Below are positions 19,491 through 31,000 of a stretch of DNA of 51,806 bases, in pieces. This stretch comes from Polynucleobacter sp. (GTDB taxonomy: Bacteria; Pseudomonadota; Gammaproteobacteria; Burkholderiales; Burkholderiaceae): contig JBILYO010000001.1 of NCBI GenBank assembly GCA_044377685.1, forward strand, positions 1 through 51,806. Direction: 5' to 3'. A model generated the notes under the pieces. That model did no database searches. It worked only from the letters and a program-made list of their open reading frames with translations, and was not told where the DNA came from. How positions within the stretch are numbered: position 1 is the first letter of the stretch; every line of letters starts with the position of its first letter. Both the position numbers and the translations under genes were made by a program.

Positions 19491-20528
19491 GTGGCATTGC
19501 CGCAAACTCCTGATTCGAATCCCATTGATTATATCGATGATGAGGATTTCATTGCCCTAGAGATTCCACAAGACATGGCGGGAGAACGTCTAGACAAGGT
19601 CTTGGCGACTTTTTTGCCTGATTACTCTCGAAATCGACTAAAGACTTGGGTAGAGGCAGGGGCCGTTACGGTAGATGGAAAGGTAACTAAAGCTCGCTAT
19701 TTACTTCATGGGGGAGAAAGCGTTAAGGTTTTTCCACAAGATATGCCGGAGCAATTTGCCTTTAATTCCGAGGATATTACGCTAGATGTGATTTACGAAG
19801 ATCCATCGATTATTGTGATCAATAAACCCCCTGGTTTAGTAGTTCATCCTGCTGCTGGAAATTGGACTGGTACTTTACTAAACGGTCTTTTGTTTCGCTA
19901 TCCTGAACTTAAAAGCCTTCCTCGCGCCGGCATTGTCCATCGACTCGATAAAGATACCTCAGGGCTAATGGTGGTAGCAAGAACTCCTCAAGCACAAACT
20001 GCTTTGGTTAAACAACTACAAGAGAGAACTGTGGGTAGGCGATATTTGGCATTGGTATGGGGCAACTTACCAAGTCAAGGAAAAGTATTGGCAACAGTTG
20101 GGCGGGATCAACGCGATAGATTAAAGATGGCTGCTGGCAGCCCCCAAGGAAAGCCAGCTGCAACCGTATTTCGTCGCCTTGCGAAAGGATTGTTTAGCGA
20201 TGCTGCATTGGCCTTAGTCGAGTGCCGATTGGAGACAGGCCGTACCCATCAAATTCGGGTGCATTTAGAGTCACTGGGTTTTCCACTGCTGGGAGACCCT
20301 GTATATAGGAAAAAAACCCCGGGTGCCGCAAAAACACTGCCATTAATGCGTCAAGCGCTACATGCTTATGCGCTTACCTTAGAGCACCCTGCCAGTCACG
20401 ATGTCATGACCTGGTTTCAGTTGCCGCCAGAGGATTTGATAGGGCTTTTGCCGTCTGTTGGTTTGAGCAGCGAAGATTTGCCCAAGAAAGATGCGCTATT
20501 GGCATCTATTTTGAATGAGCGTCGTTGA
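19491..20528 (+). CDS. rluD: 23S rRNA pseudouridine synthase D
   Basis: S4 domain (RLDK..SR), HRLDKDTSG, TGRTHQIRVH; bamD-rluD-pgeF synteny. Confidence 0.93.
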   Translation: MALPQTPDSNPIDYIDDEDFIALEIPQDMAGERLDKVLATFLPDYSRNRLKTWVEAGAVTVDGKVTKARYLLHGGESVKVFPQDMPEQFAFNSEDITLDVIYEDPSIIVINKPPGLVVHPAAGNWTGTLLNGLLFRYPELKSLPRAGIVHRLDKDTSGLMVVARTPQAQTALVKQLQERTVGRRYLALVWGNLPSQGKVLATVGRDQRDRLKMAAGSPQGKPAATVFRRLAKGLFSDAALALVECRLETGRTHQIRVHLESLGFPLLGDPVYRKKTPGAAKTLPLMRQALHAYALTLEHPASHDVMTWFQLPPEDLIGLLPSVGLSSEDLPKKDALLASILNERR

Positions 20529-21289
20529 TGAATTTGATAAAGCTCGATTGGGATGTGCCCCCTCATATTCATGCTTTGGTGAGCACTCGTTTGGGGGGTG
20601 TCAGTCAGCCACCTTATGACACCTTCAATCTTGCAGAGCACGTGGGTGATAAGCCAGAATATGTTGCTCAGAATCGTCATTTATTACGAGCGCATCTTCC
20701 ATCTGAGCCTTTATGGCTAAAACAAATTCACAGTTCGATTGTGAGTACTCCAGCCGAACGTTCAAATCATCCAAATAGGCTAATAGAGGCTGATGGGATT
20801 GTCACAACCAAGCCCAATGAAGTGTTAGCCATCATGACCGCAGATTGCCTGCCAGTTCTATTTGCTGCTAATGATGGATCAGTTATTGGCGCAGCCCATG
20901 CTGGTTGGAGGGGTTTATCTTCAGGTGTGCTTGAAAATACAGTTAATGCAATGCTGTCGCTAAGCCCACATTTGTCGAGCGCAGATTTATTTGCGTATAT
21001 GGGTCCAGCGATTGGGCCAAGCATCTATGAAGTAGGTGAAGATGTTTTTAAGACTTTCCAAGAATGCTCAATAAAACCAAATGGAAATGATTTTGTGGCT
21101 ATACCGAATAAACGTGGAAAATACCTAGTCAATCTGTATTCTTTGGCAAAGGCTCGCTTGAAGCTTGTTGGCATTGATCGGGTTGATGGAGGAGGGTCGT
21201 GCACCTATCTTGATCAAGGCCGCTTTTTTTCATACCGTCGCGATGGCATAACAGGACGATTTGCCTCCTTCATTTGGATTGCTAAATAG
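20528..21289 (+). CDS. pgeF: PgeF/YfiH purine nucleoside phosphorylase / peptidoglycan editing factor
   Basis: QIH, TADCLPV, HAGWRG, GPAIG, FFSYRR; TGATG overlap with the rluD stop. Confidence 0.93.
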   Translation: MNLIKLDWDVPPHIHALVSTRLGGVSQPPYDTFNLAEHVGDKPEYVAQNRHLLRAHLPSEPLWLKQIHSSIVSTPAERSNHPNRLIEADGIVTTKPNEVLAIMTADCLPVLFAANDGSVIGAAHAGWRGLSSGVLENTVNAMLSLSPHLSSADLFAYMGPAIGPSIYEVGEDVFKTFQECSIKPNGNDFVAIPNKRGKYLVNLYSLAKARLKLVGIDRVDGGGSCTYLDQGRFFSYRRDGITGRFASFIWIAK

Positions 21290-21406
21290 ACAGATCCTGA
21301 CGTTCATTCGGGTTATTACTATATTTGCCCTTGGGCTAGGGTTATTGCGTATAACCCTATATTCCTGATGGATGGAGAATGTCTATTGTTAATTTACGAG
21401 AATAAT

Positions 21407-23047
21407 ATGTTTGCAGGCATGAATCCAAGCGCTACTCCATCTTTGGCAGCGCACCATATGGCGCTCATTCCGCCAGATCGATTGGCGGAAATTCAAAAAG
21501 AGTATTTCACTGAATTAGCACATATTGCTACTAATCCTGAAGCGATAGAAGTAAAAGATCGGCGCTTTGCTGGTAAAGCATGGCACTCATCATGGAGCAA
21601 AGTGATTGCGGCAACTTACCTTTTAAATTCCAAGCATTTAATGTCCTTGGCTAAGGCTGTTGAAACTGACGAAAAATCAAAGCAAAAGATTTTATTTACC
21701 ACTGAGCAAATGATTGATGCTTTATCGCCATCCAATTTCATTGCTACTAATCCTGAAGTCTTAGAAAGCATTATTAGCACTCAAGGACAGTCAATCCAAA
21801 AAGGTATTGTTAACTTATTGGCGGATATGAAAAAGGGTAAGGTCTCTCAAACCGATGAGAGTGCTTTTGAGGTTGGTAAAAATATCGCTACTACCGAGGG
21901 ACATGTCGTTTTTCGTAATGACTTATTTGAGCTGATTCAATACACACCGCTGACCAAGCAAGTATTTGAACGACCTTTTTTAATGGTGCCTCCTTGCATT
22001 AATAAATATTACATACTAGATTTACAGCCAGACAACTCAGTTGTGCGACATATGGTTAGTGAAGGGCACACTGTATTTTTAGTGTCTTGGAAAAATCCTG
22101 ATGCATCAATGGCAAAAATCAGTTGGGATGATTATGTGGGTAAAGGCGTTATTAAGGCGATTGATGTTGTTAAAGAGATTGGCGATACCAAACAAATCAA
22201 TATTCTTGGTTTTTGTGTTGGTGGAACACTAACCGCATCGGCTTTGGCAGTCCTGGCTGCTCGCAATGAACATCCTGCTGCAAGCCTTACTTTATTAACT
22301 ACCTTACTTGATTTTACCAATACCGGCATCCTAGATGTCTTTATTGATGAAGGTATGGTCGAGATGCGTGAGAATTCGATTGGTGGAAAAGGTGGTAAGT
22401 TCGGCATGATGTCTGGACTTGATCTGGGTAATACCTTTTCCTTCTTGCGTCCAAATGATCTTGTGTGGAATTATGTTGTTGAAAATTACCTAAAGGGCAA
22501 TTCTCCGCCACCATTTGACCTTCTCTACTGGAATGGCGATTCCACGAATTTACCTGGCGCAATGTACTGCTGGTACTTAAGACATACCTATTTACAAAAT
22601 GATTTAGTTAAACCTGGTAAGGTCAGTATTTGCGGTGAAAAAATTGATCTTGGTAAAATTAAATGTCCAGCATATGTGTATGCCTCTCAGGAAGATCATA
22701 TCGTCCCTTGGCAATCTGCTTATGAGTCAACACACTTACTAAAAGGTAAAAATCGTTTTGTCTTGGGAGCTTCAGGGCACATAGCAGGCGTTATTAATCC
22801 ACCTGCAAAAAATAAACGCTATTACTTTGAGAATCATCAGATCTTACCCACGGCAGAAGAATGGCTAGAGGGTGCTAAACAAACCTCAGGGAGCTGGTGG
22901 CCAAACTATACAAAATGGCTTGAGCAATTTGGTGGTCAACAGAAGCCTGCGAGCAAAATATTTGGTAATGCTCAATATAAAAAGATGGAAGCTGCGCCTG
23001 GTATTTATGTAAAAGAAAAAGCAGATCTTGCAATAAAACAAACATAG
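21407..23047 (+). CDS. phaC: Class I polyhydroxyalkanoate synthase
   Basis: PPCINKYYILDL, lipase box GFCVGG, EDHIVPW, SGHIAG. Start probably at ATG 21407. Confidence 0.95.
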   Translation: MFAGMNPSATPSLAAHHMALIPPDRLAEIQKEYFTELAHIATNPEAIEVKDRRFAGKAWHSSWSKVIAATYLLNSKHLMSLAKAVETDEKSKQKILFTTEQMIDALSPSNFIATNPEVLESIISTQGQSIQKGIVNLLADMKKGKVSQTDESAFEVGKNIATTEGHVVFRNDLFELIQYTPLTKQVFERPFLMVPPCINKYYILDLQPDNSVVRHMVSEGHTVFLVSWKNPDASMAKISWDDYVGKGVIKAIDVVKEIGDTKQINILGFCVGGTLTASALAVLAARNEHPAASLTLLTTLLDFTNTGILDVFIDEGMVEMRENSIGGKGGKFGMMSGLDLGNTFSFLRPNDLVWNYVVENYLKGNSPPPFDLLYWNGDSTNLPGAMYCWYLRHTYLQNDLVKPGKVSICGEKIDLGKIKCPAYVYASQEDHIVPWQSAYESTHLLKGKNRFVLGASGHIAGVINPPAKNKRYYFENHQILPTAEEWLEGAKQTSGSWWPNYTKWLEQFGGQQKPASKIFGNAQYKKMEAAPGIYVKEKADLAIKQT

Positions 23048-23079
23048 TTATTAACGAAGATTTTTAAAAGGGGAAAGTA

Positions 23080-23820
23080 ATGTCTCAAAAAGTTGCATAT
23101 GTCACTGGTGGTATGGGTGGAATCGGTACTGCTATTTGCCAGCGCCTTGCCAAAGATGGTTTTAAAGTTATTGCTGGCTGTGGCCCTAATTCTCCACGTA
23201 AAGATCGCTGGATTGGCGAGCAAAAGGTGTTGGGTTATGACTTTATCGCCTCTGAAGGAAATGTATCCGATTGGGATAGTACCGTTGAAGCGTTTAATAA
23301 GGTAAAGGCTGAAGTTGGACGTGTAGACGTTTTAGTGAATAACGCCGGCATCACTCGTGACAGTGTTTTTCGCAAAATGACGCCAGATGCGTGGAAGGCA
23401 GTGATTGACACTAATCTGAATTCCTTATTTAACGTCACCAAACAAGTCATCGATGGAATGGTGGAGAACAATTGGGGTCGAATCATCAATATCTCTTCTG
23501 TAAACGGCCAAAAAGGTCAGTTTGGACAGGCTAACTATTCCACTGCTAAGGCAGGCTTGCATGGATTTACGATGGCCCTAGCCCAGGAAGTAGCGACAAA
23601 AGGCGTTACTGTGAATACAGTTTCCCCAGGCTACATCGGTACAGATATGGTTAAAGCTATCCGAGAGGATGTCCTAGAGAAAATCGTTTCTGGAATCCCA
23701 GTGAAGCGTTTGGGCACTCCAGATGAAATTGGCTCAATCTGCTGCTGGATCGCTTCTGAGGATGGTGCCTATGCAACAGGCGCTGATTTCTCCTTAAATG
23801 GCGGTATTCATACTGGCTAA
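23080..23820 (+). CDS. phaB: Acetoacetyl-CoA reductase
   Basis: VTGGMGGIG, NNAGITRD, GQFGQANYSTAK, FSLNGG. Confidence 0.95.
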   Translation: MSQKVAYVTGGMGGIGTAICQRLAKDGFKVIAGCGPNSPRKDRWIGEQKVLGYDFIASEGNVSDWDSTVEAFNKVKAEVGRVDVLVNNAGITRDSVFRKMTPDAWKAVIDTNLNSLFNVTKQVIDGMVENNWGRIINISSVNGQKGQFGQANYSTAKAGLHGFTMALAQEVATKGVTVNTVSPGYIGTDMVKAIREDVLEKIVSGIPVKRLGTPDEIGSICCWIASEDGAYATGADFSLNGGIHTG

Positions 23821-23925
23821 TACTGCATTTGCAGATATTAGAGTGATGCAACACGGCTTATTTACCTTTTGATCAAACTAGAGATAAACTATGCCGATGT
23901 TGCGTTGCAATACTAAGTAAGGAAA

Positions 23926-24489
23926 ATGATGGCTACAAGAGCAAAGCGAGTAGGCGAAGAGCGACTCATAAAGAAATATCCTAACCGTCGTCTATATGAC
24001 ACCCAAACAAGTACGTACGTTACTTTGACGGATATCAAAGCCTTAGTAATGTCTAGTGAGGTCTTTAAGGTGGTTGATGCTAAGACTGAAGAGGATCTGA
24101 CTCGCAATATTTTGCTCCAAATCATTTTGGAAGAAGAGGCCGGTGGATCGCCTGTTTTTTCCTCGCAAATGCTTTCTCAAATTATTCGTTTTTACGGAAA
24201 CTCCATGCAAGGTTTGATGGGAAATTACTTAGAGAAAACAATGCAGTCTTTTGTGGACATCCATAATAAATTGGGCGATCAGACCAAAGGTCTTGGAGTA
24301 GGAAGTACTCCTGAGGCTTGGTCACAAATGCTCAATATACAAAATCCATTGATGCAAAATTTGATGGGTAGCTACATGGACCAAAGCAAAGACTTATTTC
24401 TAAAGATGCAAGAGCAAATGCAAGGTTCACACAATATGTTTGGTGGTTTTCCTTTTACACCCAAGCCTGATAAAACTGAAAAAGAATAG
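23926..24489 (+). CDS. phaR: PHA synthesis repressor
   Basis: [29 protein letters not shown]. Confidence 0.95.
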   Translation: MMATRAKRVGEERLIKKYPNRRLYDTQTSTYVTLTDIKALVMSSEVFKVVDAKTEEDLTRNILLQIILEEEAGGSPVFSSQMLSQIIRFYGNSMQGLMGNYLEKTMQSFVDIHNKLGDQTKGLGVGSTPEAWSQMLNIQNPLMQNLMGSYMDQSKDLFLKMQEQMQGSHNMFGGFPFTPKPDKTEKE

Positions 24490-24491
24490 TT

Positions 24492-25850
24492 GTGGCTGCA
24501 AAAATTGGTTTTGTATCCTTGGGTTGCCCAAAGGCATTGGTCGATTCAGAGCTGATATTGACTCAGCTCAGCGCTGAAGGATATGAGACAGCTAAAGACT
24601 ACTCTGGCGCCGACTTAGTTGTTGTCAATACTTGTGGTTTTATTGACTCCGCTGTTGAAGAAAGTCTTGCTGCAATAGGTGAGGCTCTTGCTGAAAATGG
24701 TAAGGTGATTGTGACGGGTTGTTTGGGCGCTCGTAAAAACCCAGATGGCAGCGACCTCATCCAAAGTATTCACCCTAAAGTACTTGCTGTTACAGGCCCT
24801 CATGCTACAGACGAGGTGATGCAGGCTATTCACTTGCATTTACCTAAGCCACATGACCCTTTTACTGATTTAGTGCCGCCCACTGGTATTAAGCTGACAC
24901 CAAAACACTACGCCTATCTGAAAATTTCAGAGGGCTGCAATCATCGCTGCACTTTCTGCATCATTCCAAGTATGCGCGGAGATCTAGTCTCCAGGCCAAT
25001 TGGCGAAGTTTTGCTAGAAGCCACCCGCCTTTTTGAATCTGGCGTAAAAGAACTCTTAGTAGTCTCCCAAGATACCAGCGCCTATGGAGTTGATATTCAA
25101 TATCGCACTGGTTTTTGGGATGGCAAGCCAGTTAAAACCAGAATGTTTGATTTAGTGAATGCATTAAATCAAATAGCTCGTGAGCATCAGGCTTGGGTAA
25201 GGCTTCATTATGTATATCCATATCCTCATGTAGATGACATCTTGCCGTTGATGGCTGAATTTTCAGAGCATGGTTATGGCGTCTTACCTTACCTTGATAT
25301 ACCACTGCAGCACGCGCATCCTGATGTTCTTAAACGAATGAAGCGTCCAGCTAGTGGTGAAAAGAATTTAGAGCGCATTTTGGCATGGCGAGCAGCATGT
25401 CCAGACTTAGTAATTCGCAGTACCTTTATTGCGGGCTTTCCTGGTGAAACAGAGTCAGAGTTTGGGTACTTGTTGGATTTTTTAGATGAAGCTCAAATTG
25501 ATAGAGCGGGATGCTTTGCCTACTCACCCGTAGACGGTGCATTAGCCAATCAATTAGACAATCCTATTCCTGAGCAAATTCGTGAGGAGCGTAGAGCTCA
25601 ATTTATGGCTAAGGCAGAACAAATTTCTATTAAGCGCCTCGCTAAAAAAGTTGGTAAACGTATCCAAGTATTAATTGATCGAGTAGATGATTCAGGTGGA
25701 ATTGGCCGCTCTATAGGAGATGCCCCAGAAATTGATGGCTTGGTGAGGGTATTACCACCCAGTAAACCTTCCAAGCGATATAGGGCCGGAGAAATCATTC
25801 GGGCAACAGTAATTAGCTCCCAAGGGCATGACCTAATAGTCGAAACTTGA
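24492..25850 (+). CDS. rimO: Ribosomal protein S12 methylthiotransferase
   Basis: [18 protein letters not shown], radical [12 protein letters not shown]-terminal TRAM (DAPEIDG). Confidence 0.95.
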   Translation: MAAKIGFVSLGCPKALVDSELILTQLSAEGYETAKDYSGADLVVVNTCGFIDSAVEESLAAIGEALAENGKVIVTGCLGARKNPDGSDLIQSIHPKVLAVTGPHATDEVMQAIHLHLPKPHDPFTDLVPPTGIKLTPKHYAYLKISEGCNHRCTFCIIPSMRGDLVSRPIGEVLLEATRLFESGVKELLVVSQDTSAYGVDIQYRTGFWDGKPVKTRMFDLVNALNQIAREHQAWVRLHYVYPYPHVDDILPLMAEFSEHGYGVLPYLDIPLQHAHPDVLKRMKRPASGEKNLERILAWRAACPDLVIRSTFIAGFPGETESEFGYLLDFLDEAQIDRAGCFAYSPVDGALANQLDNPIPEQIREERRAQFMAKAEQISIKRLAKKVGKRIQVLIDRVDDSGGIGRSIGDAPEIDGLVRVLPPSKPSKRYRAGEIIRATVISSQGHDLIVET

Positions 25851-25929
25851 GGATTGCTATTTAATGACTTTTTGATGTGTTTAAAATGTGTAATAAAGCC
25901 TAATCTTAGGCTCAGCTAAGGGGATTGAT

Positions 25930-27114
25930 ATGAGTCGTGATGTCGTTGTATTAAGTGCAGTTCGTTCCGCAATTGGTACCTTTAATGGTTCCCTCAGTAG
26001 TTTTGAACCATCAGAACTTGGCGGGATCGTCATGAAAGAGGCGGTTGCTCGCTCTGGTGTAGATCCAGCATTAATCAATTACATCACGGTTGGCAATACC
26101 ATTCCAACTGATAGCCGTTATGCCTATGTGGCACGGGTAGCATCTATTCAGGCAGGTTTGCCAATGGAATCTGTGGCGATGTCTTTAAATCGTCTCTGTA
26201 GCTCAGGCCTCCAGGCAATTGTTACTACAGCCCAACAAATTATGTTGGGTGATTGTGATTACGGTATTGGTGGCGGTGTTGAAGTGATGTCTCGCGGTAT
26301 GTATGGCTCCCCAGCAATGCGAAGTGGAGCGCGCATGGGTGATACCAAAATGCTTGACTTGATGGTTGCTGTTTTAACAGATCCTTTCGGCGTTGGCCAT
26401 ATGGGAGTCACTGCTGAAAATCTGGTAGAAAAATGGAAATTAACTCGTGAAGAGCAAGATGCATTTGCTGTGGAATCGCACCGCCGGGCTGCACATGCAA
26501 TTAAAGAGGGTCGCTTTAAATCCCAAATTGTGCCGATTACTATTAAATCCCGTAAAGGTGATGTCGTATTCGATACTGATGAGCATTGCAAGCCAGAGAC
26601 CACGATGGAAACCCTTGGCAAGATGAAAGCAGTTTTCAAAAAAGAGGGTGGTAGCGTGACAGCAGGAAATGCATCGGGTATTAACGATGGCGCTGCATTC
26701 TTTGTGCTTGCAGATGCAGAGACAGCTATAAAAGCTGGTCATAAGCCAATTGCTCGCTTAGTGTCTTATGCAGTTGCTGGCGTTCCTAATCAAATCATGG
26801 GGGAAGGCCCCATTCCAGCAACTAAGCTTGCCCTTGAGCGCGCCGGCCTCAAGCTGGATCAAATGGATGTCATTGAATCAAATGAAGCTTTTGCAGCACA
26901 AGCTCTTGCAGTAACTAAGGGGCTAGGATTAGATCCTGCGAAAACAAACGTCAATGGTGGTGCTATAGCATTGGGTCACCCTATTGGGTGTTCAGGTGCA
27001 GCTATCGCTACCAAAGCAATCCACGAGTTGCAACGTGTTCAAGGAAAGTACGCCTTAGTAACAATGTGCATTGGTGGTGGCCAAGGCATTGCCACTATAT
27101 TTGAGCGTATGTAA
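25930..27114 (+). CDS. bktB: Beta-ketothiolase BktB
   Basis: NRLCSSGLQA, DPF..HMGVTAEN, NEAFA, GHPIG, TMCIGGGQG; located after phaR-rimO. Confidence 0.88.
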   Translation: MSRDVVVLSAVRSAIGTFNGSLSSFEPSELGGIVMKEAVARSGVDPALINYITVGNTIPTDSRYAYVARVASIQAGLPMESVAMSLNRLCSSGLQAIVTTAQQIMLGDCDYGIGGGVEVMSRGMYGSPAMRSGARMGDTKMLDLMVAVLTDPFGVGHMGVTAENLVEKWKLTREEQDAFAVESHRRAAHAIKEGRFKSQIVPITIKSRKGDVVFDTDEHCKPETTMETLGKMKAVFKKEGGSVTAGNASGINDGAAFFVLADAETAIKAGHKPIARLVSYAVAGVPNQIMGEGPIPATKLALERAGLKLDQMDVIESNEAFAAQALAVTKGLGLDPAKTNVNGGAIALGHPIGCSGAAIATKAIHELQRVQGKYALVTMCIGGGQGIATIFERM

Positions 27115-27146
27115 ACCAAATTACGCTGATTATTGAGAGCAGCACC

Positions 27147-28034
27147 TTAAGTCATTAGTAGTAAAGCAGCATCTAAGCCGACATGGTCAAAAGCCACGTC
27201 GGCTTTTTCTTTGACAACAGGTTTTGATCTGTAAGCAATGCTGATGCCCGAACCATTCATCATGATGAGATCATTAGCACCATCACCTATGGCGATGGAA
27301 TTGATCTTAGTACAACCCAGTTCATTACAGGCCTCGTCTAAATAGGCCGCTTTGGCTAAACCATCCACAATCTCACCTAGGACCTGACCAGTCAGTTTGC
27401 CGTCGATGATTTCTAAAGTATTTGCTTGGGTTTGTTTAATTCCAAACTGCTGGCCTAGCCTTTCCGTAAAGAAAGTAAAACCCCCAGAAACCAGCAATGT
27501 ATGAACAGCACGTTCATGCGCACCGGCTAAGAGCTCTGCCGCTCCAGGATTTGGTCGTAATCTTTCACGGTAAACAGCTTCTAAGCAATCTACAGATATA
27601 CCTTCCAATAAAGCAACTCGCCTTCGCAAGCTTTCTTTAAAGTCTTTGATCTCACCGCGCATAGTTGCTTCTGTAATTTGGGCTACAGCTGCTTTTTTCC
27701 CTACGAAATCAGCGATTTCATCTATACATTCAATATTAATTAATGTCGAGTCCATATCCATTGCCAAAATACGAATTGAATGAGATGAATATTCGGGCTT
27801 TAGAAAACATAAGTCGGTATTGAATTGACTGGCAATAGAGCGGAGTATTTCTCGCTGTTGTGTATCTAGTAGTTGATTGCAAGACCACCGCTCTGAATGA
27901 TAGCTACCATTAAATACTTGGCCATCTTCAGTATGTAAATTTGTAGCAAATACAAGAGCTTTTTCCTTTAGCTCAAAAATCAATTTTTGGGAAATTGGTT
28001 CACGGGAAATGGCGATCAGTTCTTGAAAGGGCAT
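27147..28034 (-). CDS. serB: Phosphoserine phosphatase
   Basis: HAD motifs MDMDSTLI, VSGGF, GDGANDL. Confidence 0.93.
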   Translation of the reverse strand: MPFQELIAISREPISQKLIFELKEKALVFATNLHTEDGQVFNGSYHSERWSCNQLLDTQQREILRSIASQFNTDLCFLKPEYSSHSIRILAMDMDSTLINIECIDEIADFVGKKAAVAQITEATMRGEIKDFKESLRRRVALLEGISVDCLEAVYRERLRPNPGAAELLAGAHERAVHTLLVSGGFTFFTERLGQQFGIKQTQANTLEIIDGKLTGQVLGEIVDGLAKAAYLDEACNELGCTKINSIAIGDGANDLIMMNGSGISIAYRSKPVVKEKADVAFDHVGLDAALLLMT

Positions 28035-28058
28035 AGTATCAATATTAATGGTGATTCA

Positions 28059-31000
28059 TTAATCAATCTGAACAGTATTGAGCATGGCTGATTCATTAAG
28101 GCGACGTAAAACCAATCTAATAGCATCCAATCGTTGTTCGAGCTTATCAAATTCACGATCTTTTTGAGGAAGTATCTTTAATTTGTCCTGCCCATTTAGC
28201 AAAATATGCTTTGAGCTCTGAATTAGCTGAATAATCTTCATGGGATCAATCGGTGGATTTGGTATGAATTGAATCTGAATGGAGGCGGGGAAGGCATCAA
28301 TCTTTTTGATGCCAAAGCCTGTCATTTCTAAACGTAGGCGGTGGGTTTCATAGAATGATTTAGCTTGATCTGGTAGGTCCCCAAAGCGATCAACTAGCTC
28401 TTCTCGTAAGCCCATTAGCTCTGAAAAGTCATGCGTTCCTGCAAAGCGTTTATACAGGGAGAGACGCTCATGCACATCAGGACAGTAATCACTAGGAAGA
28501 AGGGCAGGTACGCCCAGATTAACATCTGTGGTAGCTTGGAGGGGTGCTAGAAGATCAGGCTCTTTACCGCTGCGCAAGGACTTCACGGCTCGGTTCAGCA
28601 TCTCGGTATACAACTGATAACCAATTTCATGAATTTCGCCTGATTGCTTGTCACCTAGGACTTCGCCAGCACCGCGGATCTCAAGGTCATGCATTGCCAG
28701 ATAGAATCCCGAACCTAATTCCTCCATTGCCTGAATAGCGTTCAGGCGTAATTGAGCCTGTTTGCTCAGAGCCTCAGGGTCTGGAACTAAAAGGTAGGCA
28801 TAGGCTTGATGATGGGAGCGACCAACACGACCCCTTAATTGATGTAATTGGGCTAAGCCAAATTTATCAGCACGATGCATGATGATGGTATTGGCAGTAG
28901 GAACATCAATGCCGGTCTCAATAATGGTGGTGCACAACAAAATATTAGTGCGCTGTGTCACAAATTCGCGCATCACTGATTCCAACTCGCGTTCCTGCAT
29001 TTGACCATGAGCAACGCTAATACTTGCCTCTGGAATTAGCGTTTGTAATGCCTGTTTACGATTTTGAATGGTTTCCACTTCATTATGTAAAAAGTAAACC
29101 TGTCCGCCACGTTTAATTTCACGCAGTACCGCTTCTCTGATGATGCTGTCACCTTCACGACGCACAAAAGTTTTAATTGCAAGTCGTTTCTGTGGAGCGG
29201 TGGCAATGATAGAGAATTCTCTTAGGCCTTCCATAGCCATACCCAGGGTTCTTGGAATTGGCGTTGCAGTTAAGGTCAAAATATCCACTTCTGCCCGCAG
29301 TGCTTTGAGGGCATCCTTTTGTCTGACTCCAAAGCGATGCTCTTCGTCAACAATGACTAAACCTAAATTGGCAAATTTAGTCTCTTTTGAAAGTAATTTA
29401 TGAGTGCCAATGATGATGTCAGCCTCGCCTTTAGTAATAGCTTCTAATGCAGCATTAATTTCCTTGCTTGTTTTAAAGCGTGAAAGCTCAACGATGCGCA
29501 CAGGCCAATCTGCAAAACGATCCTTCCAAGTAGCTACGTGTTGTTCAGCCAATAAGGTGGTCGGTGCCAGTATGGCAACTTGCTTGCCACCCATAACTGC
29601 TACAAAGCTAGCCCGTAAGGCCACTTCAGTTTTGCCAAAGCCAACATCCCCACATACCAGGCGGTCCATTGGACTACCACTAGTCATATCACCAATGACC
29701 GCAGCAATTGCATTGGCTTGATCCGGAGTCTCTTCAAAGCCGAAACTTTCAGAAAATGCAGCGTAATCATGAGCGGAAAATTCAAAGGCATGACCTTTTC
29801 GAATGGCTCTGGCAGCATACAAACTCAGTAGTTCGGCGGCAGTATCCCGGATTTGTTGTGCAGCCTTGCGCTTGGCTTTATCCCATTGCCCCGAACCTAG
29901 TTGATGTAAAGGCGCTGAATCTGGGTCAGAACCGGCATAACGTGTAACCATTTGTAATTGTTGAACAGGAACATATAGAGTCGCTTGCCCTGCATATTGG
30001 AGATGCAAAAATTCTTCAAAAATGGGTTCATCTTTAGGGGCTGCTATGTTGAGTAATACTAGACCCTGATAGCGGCCTATCCCATGTTCTGCATGAACTA
30101 CAGGATCACCGATTTTTAGCTCTGATAAATCTTTAAAAAGCATATCTGGATCAACTTGCTCAGATCCTTTACTTTTACGCCTTTGTCTTGCGGTAGTAGT
30201 AAATAATTCTGCTTCTGTTAAAACAATTAAATGTTGTTCAGGCCATGAGAATCCATTGAACAGCGGACCAATGACTAGTCCGAAGGAACTATTACTCTTA
30301 ATAAAGTCCGCAATGCCTTCATAGCTCTCAGGCTTTAGGGGGTATATAGCATTTCCGTTTGGCCCTGAAACTAAATTACTTTCTTCTAATAGTTGACGAA
30401 TTGACTCCTTTCGTCCGGCGCTATCTGCACAAATGAGTAGGCGCACATTTTCCGATGACACTAAAGCTCTGAGTTTTGCAAGCGGATCTGCGTCACGTCG
30501 ATGAACTGCAATATCTGGTACTGGCAAGAACTGAGCTTGATCTGTTGATTGATGTTCAAGAGTAATTCGTGCATGGGGCTTTGAAGATGCAAAAAATTCG
30601 TCTACATCTAAAAATAGTTCCTTAGGGGGTAGTATGGGTCGATCAAGATCATGCTTTAGAAATTCATAACGAGTTTGCGTATCTTTCCAAAAACTGCGAA
30701 TTGTTTCTTCTATATCACCGGTATTCCATATCCATACTGGATCACCGGAGCGAGGAAAGTAATCAAATACATTTGAATGCTCTTCAAAAAACATCGGCAG
30801 ATAAGATTCAATTCCTGCGCTCGGGATTCCCAAATTAGCATCTTTATATATTGAGCAGCGAGTAGGGTCTCCTTCAAAGACCTCGCGCCATTTGCTTCTA
30901 AAGGCTGTCCGTGAAGCTTCATCAAACGGAAATTCATGTCCGGGCAGCAACCGAACTTCCTTGACTGGATAGAGACTGCGTTGGGTATCTGGGTCAAATG

